64,000 nucleotides of DNA from Psammoneis japonica (taxonomy: Eukaryota). The stretch is taken from assembly GCA_008632985.1 (NCBI GenBank), contig QPGO01000005.1:434001-498000 (forward strand), read 5' to 3'. The translations under genes and the position numbers were made by a program. Positions within the stretch are counted from its first letter, which is position 1. Each line of letters begins with the position of its first letter. The notes beneath the pieces were generated by a model. That model saw only the letters and a program-made list of their open reading frames with translations. It was not told where the DNA came from and ran no database searches. Positions 11,235-22,662 of the stretch are shown piece after piece.

Positions 11235-14200
11235 ATGACGAGAGAAATGTTGCTCAGAAATAGCCTGTTATTTCTAATTCTCATCCAAATTCAAACTTAT
11301 GGTGCAAGCAAGTCAGTGGAGAGCAATTTTGGGCGGCTCGGGTTTAGAGAAGAAGCGACGAATAATACACAACGGCAAATCCAACACAGACGAACCAAAC
11401 TGTTTTGTACTCCGAGACCTCTTCCTTCCTTGGGAGAAGATGTTGAACCTGAAACAGTAATGAAATTCTATGCCTTTGGCGATACGCCGTATACTTGGGA
11501 CGATCGCCTCTGTCTCAACCACCAGCTACGAAATTTAAACATGTCAACACCTGAGTCACCACGATTCAGTGTTCACGTTGGTGACCTAAGAGACACGCCA
11601 AGTAGGATTTTGCCCTGTCGCGGAAGGGAGCTACTTGACCTGGCAAATATGCTTACTCATCCGAGCAATGCAGTAAATTACGATCCGAGAGATATACTGT
11701 TTGTGGTGGGCGACAACGAGTGGGCAGGTGAGTTAGGATTTTTCCGTCGCGCCAGCTTCTCGAAGACCATCTCTTGACTAACACCGTACGTTCTCCTACG
11801 AATGAATTATATAGACTGTGAAGAGCCAGACGAAGCTTGGAAGACGTACATGAAGCTGTTTGGACCGCGGAACAAATTTGGTTTTGGAACACTATCGTCA
11901 CCTGACATAAAGGTCCATCGACAATTCAAGATGGAGAGGAAGCCAGGAGTCACACGCGAGGAGAATTTTGCTTTTTTCATGGATGGCATATTATTCATAG
12001 GTTTAAACATCGTTGGTGGCAAAGATATTGGAGACGAAAGTGTTAGGCTACATCAGAATTTCGAATTCACAAAGGCCAGGTTAAAGCAATATGGAAAACA
12101 AAACATGCAAGGATTGGTGGTGTTCGCGCATGCTTATCTGAGACCTGGGAGCCTACGCGAAAAGTTCTTTGGCCTCGAGTTTTATGAGCTGCTGAGAACA
12201 AAGTACAAGGATCTCCCCGTTCTCTATCTTCATGGCGACGGCCATGAATACTGCGTCCGCTATCCTGATAATGAGAATCCAAACGTAGTCAGCGTCAGTG
12301 AGTTATTAATGTTTGCAATTTTTCTTTGTATTTCGTATCATCGTTTTGCTCACAAGCATCACATGCTCCGCGTGATGTTCTGTTCTCTCTCTTGCTTTCA
12401 TCAGTGGTGGATCAGGGTGGCGCCGCTCCCCCTTTGACAGTCTCGGTTCTGAAGAACCCGGTTACCGGAAGGCATATATTTTCAATTGATCGAAATGGAG
12501 GTCGCTATTCGCCTGAGAACGAATGCCCTTTGATAAATGAACAAACGTGGAAGAAAAAAGATAAAACAAAGAATTCAAAAAAACCGAAACCGCCGCTCAC
12601 GTACGTGGGCAAAATACACAATTCTTCGCTCCAAGAATGCTTTGGCGGCTGTAAGAAAGAAACCGATTGTGATAGAGGATTGCTTTGTCTGAAGCGTAAA
12701 GCACAAGAGCCAGTGCCTGGTTGTATTGACACATCGCCAGCGAGCAATTCGAACAAGGACTTTTGCTACAAGCCTTTTCGAGACCATCTTCGAATCATGG
12801 CAATAAACAGAAAGACCAGGGATGCCTATCCATTGGGACGATGTCAAGGTCACTGTTTTGATGACACTGATTGTCTAAAGGGCCTGCAATGCCAACTTCG
12901 TAAATCTTACGAAGAAGGTAAGGAAGAATCGGTCTTTCGTTCATCGTCTTGTTGACATTGTCTGCTTACAGGGCTTTCTCTCCGTTTCTTCTCTGACTCC
13001 AGTGCCCGGTTGTGTCGGGCCTGGCATGTTCGCAAAAAACTGTACGTTTGCTACTCTTTGTCTCCTTTACTGTTGATGGATAGGATCTCATCTTTCCTTC
13101 ATTTTTCTGTTACAACAAGATTGCTTTAAGCCCGAGCACGAACTTGCGTTTGTCGGCGAGGAAAACGAGTCATTGCTTGGGAAGTGCCAAGGCAACTGCA
13201 AGTCTGAGAAAGATTGTGAGCGAGGATTGCTTTGTTACAAGCGACCAAGAGACTCGCGACGAGAGACTGTGCCAGGCTGCCTTGATAGATCCCCCAGAGT
13301 AAACTCCAAGCATGACTTTTGCTATGTGCCTCCTGAGGACCACATGCGTATTGTGGCGTTTACTCGAAAGTCCAATAGGGAAGCCTATCCATTGGCACGA
13401 TGTAGCGGTCACTGTTATTCTGACAGAGATTGTGAAGGTGAATTGCAGTGCTTCCTTCGCAAATCGTACGAAGAAGTTCCGGGATGCGTTGGGCCGGGAA
13501 TATTCGCAAAGAATTGTACGTGTTCCAGCATGCCTGCCGTGCGTTGTTCTCCTGGTCTCCTTTGTTCCTCAATGTTGGATTCTTTGTTTCCCCACTAGAT
13601 TGTTACCAGCCTGAAAACATTCTTGTATACAAGGGAAAAGAGTCGGCAGAATTGTTGGGACGGTGTGAAGGAGACTGTGACACAGAGGATGATTGCGAGA
13701 GGGGGTTGCTTTGCATGAAACGAAGGTAATTAGGGGGGCAAGGAAGCCCTTTTGCTGTCTCCCTCCTTTATTTGTCCTCTAATCCTTTCCTTTCTTTCTA
13801 TATACAGTTCCGCCGAACCTATTCCAGGATGCCTCGACCTTTCCCCAGATACCACTTCCAATGAGGACTTTTGCTACTTGCCGCCGCCAGATCATCTTCG
13901 AATGATGGGTAGTGACGGCGATCCGATAACAGCCTATCCTTTAGGAGAATGCCAAGGTGACTGCGACTCAGACAATGACTGCGACGACGGCTTAGAGTGT
14001 TACAAGCGTCTTCCTGCATTTCTGGGAATAGAAGACGACATCCCTGGCTGCGTTGGGCCCGGTCGTCCGACGAAGGACTGTAAGTCATTGGCGATGGTTC
14101 GTCTCTCTAGAGTAGAGATTGTCGTGACACGGTCTACAATCATGACTCTTTTTTCTAACCTTTCTCATTATTTTCACTCGCTTCAGATTGCTTCGACCCG

Positions 14201-14305
14201 AAGAAGGCGCAGGAGTTTATCTTGCAACAGCAAAGCCAATTCCGATTGAAGAAGAATAAATTGAAGAAGAAAAAGAAGAAGAAAAAGCGTGTCGCAAGAA
14301 CATGA
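11235..14305 (+). CDS. Secreted metallophosphoesterase + 6 frustulin-type repeats + poly-Lys C-terminal tail (copy D)
   Basis: Exons 11235-11727, 11815-12297, 12405-12917, 13003-13041, 13120-13515, 13599-13725, 13808-14079, 14187-14305 (TGA) splice in frame. Motifs GDTPY/HVGD/GDNEWADC/HGDGH; ends ...RLKKNKLKKKKKKKKRVART*. An upstream in-frame ATG at 11175 is an alternative start. Confidence 0.88.
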
Positions 14306-14552
14306 GAAATTGTGGTCAGTGAATGACAGTACCATTACCTTAAATGATAAAGGCACAGTTTGAAAGCAGCTCTTTAGGAGCAGAGACGCGAGCAACTAGT
14401 ACGGTAGAGAGTACCATACGGTAGAAGAGGACCAACCACAATAACGCACCTGGCTTCGCTTCTGTGAAAAAGCGATGGTCTGATCCTCTCCCGTCGAAGA
14501 TCTCGCGCCAATACGCAACGCGCAACCGGCAACCGGTTGTACGGTAGGCCCT

Positions 14553-15707
14553 ATGTTGCTGACTTTTTGTTGCAAGATGAGTAAGATGAGGCGGAAGCGG
14601 GACGATAGACGGCTGAGAGGAATCTTTTCTCCGATAAGATGCTACCATGAATCACAGGTTAAGCTTCTTTCCAGTTTTACAGTTCTATTAGTATTCGGTT
14701 TTTTCTTCTCAGAGGTGTCTGCCTTTCTCGTTCCAAGGTTCTCGATTGCTTCCAATTTCAAGAAGGCGCTTGGATCTTCTGCCGTGCGAAAGTTGCAGCA
14801 CTCGTTATTTCAGGAAAAAGCTTTTAATTTTGTGCTATGTTCTCATTTGTCTGTGAATGGTGAGGCTAGCGACGCTGGAGTTAACGAGGATATTATGAGC
14901 CGTAATCAGCTAATGCATGCCATGCTACGCGTCCCTGATGTAAACGCCACGGTTGAATATTGGACTTCACGTCGAGGTGCCAACTTGCACTCTTACGCTA
15001 GAACGCCAAAATCAGAAACTGCCTTTATTGGGTATGGTCCGGATGGCCCAGAAGGAGGTTACTTCTCGCTGGAAATTACAGCTCTTCCACGAAACGAGAC
15101 GTTGGTGATTGGGAATGCCGTGCGCTACTTTGGCCTTTCCATGCTACTAGACTTTGACATAAAATCAACTGTGCAGTCTGCGGCTGGGAATAGAAAGCCG
15201 GCACCACAAAATGATGTCGACCCAAACGGAATTACAATTCGATCCGTCGCGGCTGCCCCGGGAGATAGCTTTTCTCGGGTTTGCCTTGGAACCAGAGCCA
15301 GCAGCAACGGCGACGATATCTTGTCCGAAACGTCTGACTTTTATGTCAATCTATTAGGAATGAAGCAGGTGGCTGGAGATGACAGCTGTGTTTGCGTAAG
15401 ATACAGTGGAAAATCCGACAATGACGAATCCAGCAGCAACAAACGAGTTGGTGTTTCCACCACGCTAGTCTTTGAATTATCTCAAGACTTTGATCTCGAT
15501 TATGGGAATTGCTTTGATCACATTGCTGTTTCAACACCCAATGTATTGGCTGCAGAAAAGGCTATAAATACGGCACTCTATAATGACGAAGAAAAGGTAA
15601 ACAGCGTCATTTTTATGAAACCAAAGGCAATGTTTGGAACAACAATCATGGGCTTGCAGGATCCGAATGGCTACAAAGTTTACCTTGTAGAACGCCCCGA
15701 GAGCTAA
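14553..15707 (+). CDS. Glyoxalase I-like (VOC fold) protein, probably plastid-targeted
   Basis: Single ORF of 384 aa. LMHAMLRVPDV...YW, FDHIAVST and QDPNGYKVYLVE are VOC/lactoylglutathione-lyase-type motifs. A hydrophobic segment is followed by VSAF. Confidence 0.75.
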   Translation: MLLTFCCKMSKMRRKRDDRRLRGIFSPIRCYHESQVKLLSSFTVLLVFGFFFSEVSAFLVPRFSIASNFKKALGSSAVRKLQHSLFQEKAFNFVLCSHLSVNGEASDAGVNEDIMSRNQLMHAMLRVPDVNATVEYWTSRRGANLHSYARTPKSETAFIGYGPDGPEGGYFSLEITALPRNETLVIGNAVRYFGLSMLLDFDIKSTVQSAAGNRKPAPQNDVDPNGITIRSVAAAPGDSFSRVCLGTRASSNGDDILSETSDFYVNLLGMKQVAGDDSCVCVRYSGKSDNDESSSNKRVGVSTTLVFELSQDFDLDYGNCFDHIAVSTPNVLAAEKAINTALYNDEEKVNSVIFMKPKAMFGTTIMGLQDPNGYKVYLVERPES

Positions 15708-15952
15708 AAAGATATTAGAATGGTATAAAAAAAGCTGTTCCTCTGCTTTTTAGGCAAGATGGGTAGGGCTAGGGCCCTACCGGCAAGCCAACAAGCAACT
15801 CATCAGCTATGGGCATCGTTGTCAAGAAATTAGAAAGTCTGATAGATACTATTGCATCATATGTTTGGTTCTCGTCTTAGTAACAGCACGCGAAGTCTGT
15901 GTCTGCGCTCTGATCGAGATTCAAGATCTTGCATCCCATTATCCCATCGACA

Positions 15953-18106
15953 ATGGACGACTCCCATCCTGCACGCAGGCATCCTGCACAGCGACAAAAA
16001 GCGCAACCGCACTGCAGAGGCCTTAAAATGCAAGGACTAAAGAGAGAGGAACGATCGAGTAGCGGCATCGACGGCTACAATCACAAGGAGGGAACTACAA
16101 GCCATGTGGTGTCTCTCGCTGACCGAGCTCTGGATCTGTTGCTATCGAATCAGGTAGTCGAAACCATAGTGCTGGGTGGAAAGTACGAGAACTCATCAGC
16201 AAAGCTCAATGTGACTTATAAGTTTCCTCCTCCATGTGCTTACGCGAAAACGGTACAAGAATCTACGTCAACACTCTTTACCGCCCTTGCCTATTCCAAG
16301 GCTGGCCATTCTGATTTCGCTTGGGAGGCTTTGGATTCACTTTTTGCGGTTCAAGCTTCCAATGGTTTTCTGCCGAGATATCGATATAGTCCTTCTTCTG
16401 ACTCCTCTTCGAACGAGTATTATGTGAATGTTACAACGATTCCAAACTGGCTATTGTTCGGAAAGGATCCAAATGAAATATACAGTCCCTCGAACGAAAC
16501 CGTTGCACGCAGAGCTGGCCTACGCGGATCAGGACGTGTATCTGCGCCACCCTTTCATGCTACCGCTGTGTTAGACATCTTCTTTCAAAGTAAGCAAACA
16601 AAATCAGATCTGATAAAGTTGGAGCAAAACTTTGACCGCATTTATAGATACCATTGGTTTCTCCATGAGGTGGTTATGAGCGGTTGCGGCGGAGATACTC
16701 AACAGCAAAATGCGACGCCGTGCTACAACGTCGTACATCCGTGGGAAAGTTTGACAGAAAACGCGTCGCCGTTATGGGAAAGAGCATTGAAGTCTACTAT
16801 GAGTCAAATGAACAACCAGAGTTGGAGATTAGATTTCGATGTGCCGTCCCAAGTAAAGGATGCTTACGATTACCCAAAATCCCAGGGCGTTTACGAAGCA
16901 TCCATTTACTTACTAGAGTGCGCCAGGAATGCCACAGAGGCATGTACAATGAGCAAACAGGGTGCAAGCCGTCCAGATATGGACTGTGAAAAGCAAATTA
17001 CATTGTCATGTCCGTTTCTCATGTTGGATGTTGGCTACGCAGCTGCCCTCTCCAAAGCAGATTCAGACATGCTGCAGATTGCAGAGATTCTGAAAGGGTC
17101 CCACAGCAGAAAGAAACAAAGGGACATGGCTTCGAAAACGGCAAACTTGATAACCTGGGAACAGCAGTCTGCAAAAGTTCTAGCTTCATTGTGGAATGAC
17201 GTGCACGCGACGTTCCTGGCACGCTCGGGGTACGGTGAGAACAATACGCTCGCACCAAACACCACTGATCCTCTTGTATTTGCGGTGGCAAGTAACTTTG
17301 TTGGGAGTTGGGATACCATCGAGGATGCCTCCAAGTTGAATGAGATGGTCTTTCATATGCTACAGTGGGAGGGCCCCTTCTCTTTCAGTTGTGGCTCATT
17401 CCCAATCTGGTCGGTCGGCGGGTGCGGCAACGATACAGTTGATGACAGCAGAGCAACAATATACCCCCTGCTAAATTACATTGTCTCCAGGGGTATGGAC
17501 AGCAACAAGCACACAGGGATTGGGCATTTCCTGTCCACTTCAACGGTTAATTTAGTTTGTGGCCTGCCCAATACTGAGGACAGCCCGACAGACTTGGAGA
17601 CTTGCTCAACTCATGATCTTGCGTTTCATCGTGCCTACAACGGTGTCACAAACCGGCCTAAAAGCTATGATGCCTGTGAAATGACTTCGATGGAAACTGC
17701 TGCAGTCGTATTCAACCTGTTGGTACCAGACAAGCCAGGTCACGTTGTCCCCGCTCCACCGATACGCAGTGTCTGGGTCGTAGCTTTGGTGACAATTGAA
17801 CTTGCGGTAGCGTTTAGCATTGCTGTGAGCTGCCTTGTTTTAAGCATTTCTTTGCGTCGCCGCCTGAAGAAATCCGACAATGGTGGTGATGCATTTAGGG
17901 GAATACTTGATTACGAAAACACCGAGTCAAACTTCTTTGTAGGTGGGGAAGGGCCTTACTTTTCTGCTGTTGACAGCTTCGAATCGGATGAGAGAGGGCC
18001 GGTCGACAGCACCAGCATCCATAATAATGATGTGGACGACACAGTGGAACACGACCAAACTTGGTCGGGGCCTAGTCCGCTCAGGGCGTTCCAGCCCAAC
18101 CAATAG
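15953..18106 (+). CDS. Glycoside hydrolase family 63-like (mannosylglycerate hydrolase-like) protein with C-terminal transmembrane helix
   Basis: Motifs AWEALDSLFAVQASNGFLP, SAPPFHA, YRYHWFL and HPWES; TM segment VWVVALVTIELAVAFSIAVSCLVL; intronless ORF. Confidence 0.6.
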   Translation: MDDSHPARRHPAQRQKAQPHCRGLKMQGLKREERSSSGIDGYNHKEGTTSHVVSLADRALDLLLSNQVVETIVLGGKYENSSAKLNVTYKFPPPCAYAKTVQESTSTLFTALAYSKAGHSDFAWEALDSLFAVQASNGFLPRYRYSPSSDSSSNEYYVNVTTIPNWLLFGKDPNEIYSPSNETVARRAGLRGSGRVSAPPFHATAVLDIFFQSKQTKSDLIKLEQNFDRIYRYHWFLHEVVMSGCGGDTQQQNATPCYNVVHPWESLTENASPLWERALKSTMSQMNNQSWRLDFDVPSQVKDAYDYPKSQGVYEASIYLLECARNATEACTMSKQGASRPDMDCEKQITLSCPFLMLDVGYAAALSKADSDMLQIAEILKGSHSRKKQRDMASKTANLITWEQQSAKVLASLWNDVHATFLARSGYGENNTLAPNTTDPLVFAVASNFVGSWDTIEDASKLNEMVFHMLQWEGPFSFSCGSFPIWSVGGCGNDTVDDSRATIYPLLNYIVSRGMDSNKHTGIGHFLSTSTVNLVCGLPNTEDSPTDLETCSTHDLAFHRAYNGVTNRPKSYDACEMTSMETAAVVFNLLVPDKPGHVVPAPPIRSVWVVALVTIELAVAFSIAVSCLVLSISLRRRLKKSDNGGDAFRGILDYENTESNFFVGGEGPYFSAVDSFESDERGPVDSTSIHNNDVDDTVEHDQTWSGPSPLRAFQPNQ

Positions 18107-18291
18107 AGGTGTGGACGAGTCGGTTGTCTCAATAGAATCTATTTGACATGATTCTAGTTTTCATTGGTATCTCTAGCAAGGTTAGATACTGCAGTCTGCA
18201 TCATAATAAAATAGAGCTCCGCTGTATGTTGCGAACCTACTTTCAACTGCGTGTTCGAGTATTAATCTCTTCTTTCTTCAGAGACTAGAGT

Positions 18292-19332
18292 CTATTCGTC
18301 TTCCAGAGCTTCATTCGGAACAAGACCTTTCCCGCTAGCAATGCACGTCGCCCAGTGTAAGAGCAGCCCCGGGGGTCCTGATCATGTTAAACAATGAAAA
18401 GATGTCGGCAAATCAAGTCGAATTGTTACATGTCATATTACCCAGTCGCTCTCACCTATTAGATTGCACAACAACACCGAAGGTGCGGTGAAGATCCCGC
18501 GCTTCAGTCCATCAAGCCAAATCCTACGGACGATTCCATAGAAAAGTCAGTTAGACTGCTACAACGAGAAAAAGTGATTCGATAGGACGGGGGCTTCCGT
18601 ACATACCATCTTCCAACAAAGAGATCCCAGGTTAGAACATGCGACCATTCCTCGGACACAAAGTTGGGATACTAAGTTTGCAATGACACCAACAAGCAAG
18701 GAACCGTTCAGTAACGCATTGCTACTGCATCAGGTAATCTTTTACATGCAGTAAGCTTACCTTCATCATTCCCATGAAGGCTCCCTGTGGATCACCGGCG
18801 GGGTTAAACACATCATTGAACTCTGCAAGAGGAGCTGTTCCTCCAGGCTGAACAATCGACGAAGCCACAATGAAGAAATGAACAAGCGCAAACAACGTAA
18901 CCACCTCTGCGAGAATATACATTGTATCAAAAGAAACAAGGCATGAGAAAACACTTTTGTAGAGACATCATTTGCATGATGAAGGTGCTTACCCATGCCT
19001 CCCATCAATTGTTTCGTGATCTTTGCATTCGGAAGAAAGATGATGAACAGCCAAAAAGGTTGTGGCAAAAAAGTCGCCACACTGAAAGCAGTGTGGATCG
19101 AATCAGGTGAAAGTGAATCAGATGATAAAATAATCGAAGGGTCGAGAAGAGCTGCTACATGCTTGTTGGAATGATGTTTTCTGGCCGGTAGAGTGTTGCT
19201 TGACGGGCGCTTGTCTCCAACGCGAGAACCCCGGGAAGAGAGTCGAGAAATGCTCGTAGAAGTAAAGGCTCCCGAAGAAAGAGAGCTTTCGAGCATGACT
19301 GCCAAAAACAGTAAAAGCTTCGTGTAGTTCAT
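18292..19332 (-). CDS. ABA4-like (DUF4281) plastid membrane protein
   Basis: Exons 19332-18993, 18906-18761, 18671-18607, 18523-18456, 18377-18292 give PFWLFIIFLPNAKITKQLM...YPNFVSEEWSHVLTWDLFVGRWIWLDGLKRGIFTAPSVLLCNLIGPPGLLLH, typical of ABA4. Presequence with SGAF. Confidence 0.85.
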
Positions 19333-20419
19333 CGTGGGCTTTGTACTTCTTGGAAAACGCTTTTGCCCAGCAACTAATCCGCTACTAACCAGGTTTTTTG
19401 AGAAGAAGAAGTGAATGAGTTGGTCAAGTGTGCTCTCTCGATGTTGTTAGTTGGGGGGCGTCTTTGGAAGTGAGATCGACGAAGGCGGTCTGATCGCCAG
19501 TGCGTTTGGGGGTTTTCCCAGTACAATTTGTACGCACAAAAAAACACGTAGGATCTGTCCAGCGATCCCAAATACCCCAATCGCACTGATTGACAGACTG
19601 TTTTAGTACAAATTCTACGTAACTTTCTTCGACAGTCTCACTTCCGAAGACGTCCCCCATAGTGCGCCGATTGCAAAGATTTTTGTCATTTTGTCTGTGA
19701 ACACGCATGCGTTTCCCTCATCGACGATGCTCTCTATCTAGGGCCTTAGCAGCATCTGGCTGCCGCACACAGAATTGCCATGGTTCCTCCCAACGCCTCG
19801 AGGCACTCTAGCTAGAGTAGAGTGGGCCAAAAACAGGGAGTCCACCTCAACCGATCCAAGACTCACATGCTCACCTCCATCTCCGGCACTGGCCCATCCC
19901 CAAACCTCCTCCCCAGCGAGCGCCACTGCCCTTCACCAAGCCCTTGCTGCTTTCCTCAACCCCGCCAACAACCCCCAGCTCTCTGCCCCGAAATTGCCAC
20001 CGGCCTCCGTTTTCTTGGCCAAACCATCAGCAGCATCAACTTTGCCCACACCTGCTGCAACTAAAAAGCCTCACATTTGCACCAACCTCGCCGACTTTCC
20101 TCCCACCCTCGCGACTCTCAAACCAAGAGCTCCCTCCTGGTGTGCCGCACCTGCGCCACTTCCTCACTTCTGCACTTGCTGGTCTCAGACGTCTGCTTCA
20201 ATTTTGACCCAGACAACCCACCACCCCTTGACTCCTGGACTTCGCCCTTCCAACAACTCACCTGCTCCTTTTGCTGTGCCACACATGGACCTGCCACCAC
20301 CGCCAACGACTCCCTAAAACTCCCTCCTTTCTGTGCTCGCTCCCTCTGCACATTGTTGTGGGCCACCTCCCGCCGCCCTCTGCACCTCGTCACTGTCAAG
20401 TTTTTCAACACTGCGGCAC

Positions 20420-22662
20420 TGTTGCAACTGACAGAACACCAAAGGGCAACAAGGACAGTGGCATGACAGACTCCCTGAGCACCAGGATTGTGATGACATG
20501 AGTGGCAGTGGAAAGAAGTGAGAGGCAGATCTCAGAGAGAGCTGCTCGCCCATCTAAATGGTCTGGTCATCATCCATGTGCAGTCTGTCCATCATGGGAC
20601 AGACAGGCTGACACCCTCCCCTGATCTGCAATGTCCAAATGCAGATCAATTCAAAGAACAGGGATGGTGCATGAGAACAGACCGGATGTCAAAACAAAGT
20701 GTCCAGGCTCAACTCGCAATCGCAAAGGAACCACACAGCACAGGGCAACAACATCTTCAAAAAGTCTCCAATGGCAGCAGGGCACATGTGCTGGTCCATC
20801 TTCAACAAAAAAAAACCAAAGGTGGTTTCCCACAAATGTCGCACATCAATTGAGTCTTGAACCAAAGAAGAGTTCTGTCTCAATCAACAAATGATTGAAG
20901 GAAAAGGGACATTCTGGTGAGCCACGATGTCACTGAATCTCATCCATTGAAATGGGGCCGGATGGAAATTCACCATGGCAGATGATGCGGCAAAAACAAA
21001 GCAGAAGCAACCCACACTGGACAAAGCAGCACCTCTGTCACATTTCGTTTTGCCCTTGAAAACAACTCTGGACAAAGAGAGTGCATCGCAAAAGTCCTCA
21101 GCATTGGAAGAACATGGGTGCATCAAAGGTGAGCATCGCATGGCATTCAAATTGTGTTTGTCAAGTGAGGTGTCTTGGATGAAGGTTGAATTCTCAACAG
21201 CCTTGCATGCTTCCTCCATGCTGTGGGAATCCCTCCCCTGATCACAAAGTGGAGGGTCATCATTGGCGATGGTTGACAGGTCAGGAGCACCAGGAAAAAT
21301 GCCATTCAACACCACAATGGTCTTGTTGGCAAATGAAAGAGGTGTTGTGGCAGAAGGTGACAAGACTTGGTGGCCCTCTTGCAGGGTCATGCCACTTCCA
21401 TTGGACTTGCAGGCTTCCTCTTTGCCACAAAAGGATGCAACCTGGAGTGACTCAACATGGAAAGAAGGTGGATGTGGGGCAGGTGAGCAGCCATGGATGT
21501 GCAAATCTTGATCACCAAATGTGGCATCTTGGTCTAATCTTGAATGCTGAAAAGCCTTGTGTGCTTCCTCTGAGCTGCAGTGATCCCTCCCCTGATCTTG
21601 AAATGCAGGATCATTGTCAGCGATGGTGTGGACAGGTCAAGAGCACCATGAAAAATGCAACACGACAGGCCAACGTTCTTGATGGCAGAGGGAAGAGGTC
21701 ATGCAGCAGAAGGTGACAATGCTTGGTGGCTCAGTGGCCCTCTTTTTTTTGTTGCCCCACTTCCACTTGTCAGGTTTGGACAAGAGAAGGAATGGCAGCA
21801 TTGTGTGTCCAAAATTAATGATGGCCGAACCAAAGACCCAAGTGCAAAAAACTTGACAATCAACAGATTTCTTGCAGCATCCACAAGCACCACCCAACGG
21901 CATTGCACAGGCAGCAAGCAGCTCACATGCAACCTTGGCAATGGAGCATGTTCCATCCTTTGGAGGAGTGTGATCAGCATTGCATGCAACACCAGAATTG
22001 CCAGAACCAATGAACTGAGGGGTCTGAAGCAGAGGATCCACCACATGAGGTGGAATTGCTTGATTGATGAGAAACTCATGGAACAAGTCCACAAAGTTCT
22101 GTCTGGGCCAAGCATGATCTGGGTTTTCAAAGAACGGATCCAGATTGAATGTGGAATCCGCGTGCAGCACATTCAGGGATGCATGGATGTGTGGCAGAGT
22201 GCCATGTGCTTGGAATTCACAACAGATCTCTGCAATGGATGTGGGAGCAGCCTTTGCAGGGTCGGGAGATGCCGTGGTTGTAACTGGTGAAAAAAGTTTT
22301 GGTCATGCACATGCAGAAATCTGGCATGTTTCTACAAGCATGAAAAATGCCGGGAAAGCGAGAAAAAAACACTTTCGGGAACAAGAGATGAGGCTTGCTC
22401 AATTGGCTCACACAATGCAAATGAACAAAACAGAAAGCATGGTGCAGAGTTCAGCGGCACAGCACAAGGCCACAACCTGACAGAACACCAAAGGGCAATG
22501 AGGACAGTGGCACGATGGACTCCCTGAGCACCAGGAATGTGACGACACGAGTGCCAGCAGAAAGAAGCAAGAGGCAGTTCTCAGAGAGATCTGCTCATCT
22601 GTCTGAATGGTCTGGTCATCATCCATGCACAGTGTGTCCATTGTGGGATGGACAGGCTGACA
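20420..22662 (-). mobile_element. Non-autonomous LTR retroelement (~2.2 kb)
   Basis: Direct repeats of ~195 bp at 20420-20613 (TG...CA) and ~22468-22662. Polypurine tract GATCAGGGGAGGG on the minus strand abuts the left LTR (20614-20626). No RT or integrase recognisable inside. Confidence 0.7.
21190..21745. repeat. Diverged ~190-bp internal direct repeat (21190-21380 vs 21545-21745)
   Basis: Shared blocks AGCCTTG..TGCTTCCTC, ATCCCTCCCCTGATC, GACAGGTCA.GAGCACCA.GAAAAATGC and GCAGAAGGTGACAA..CTTGGTGGC. Confidence 0.75.
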
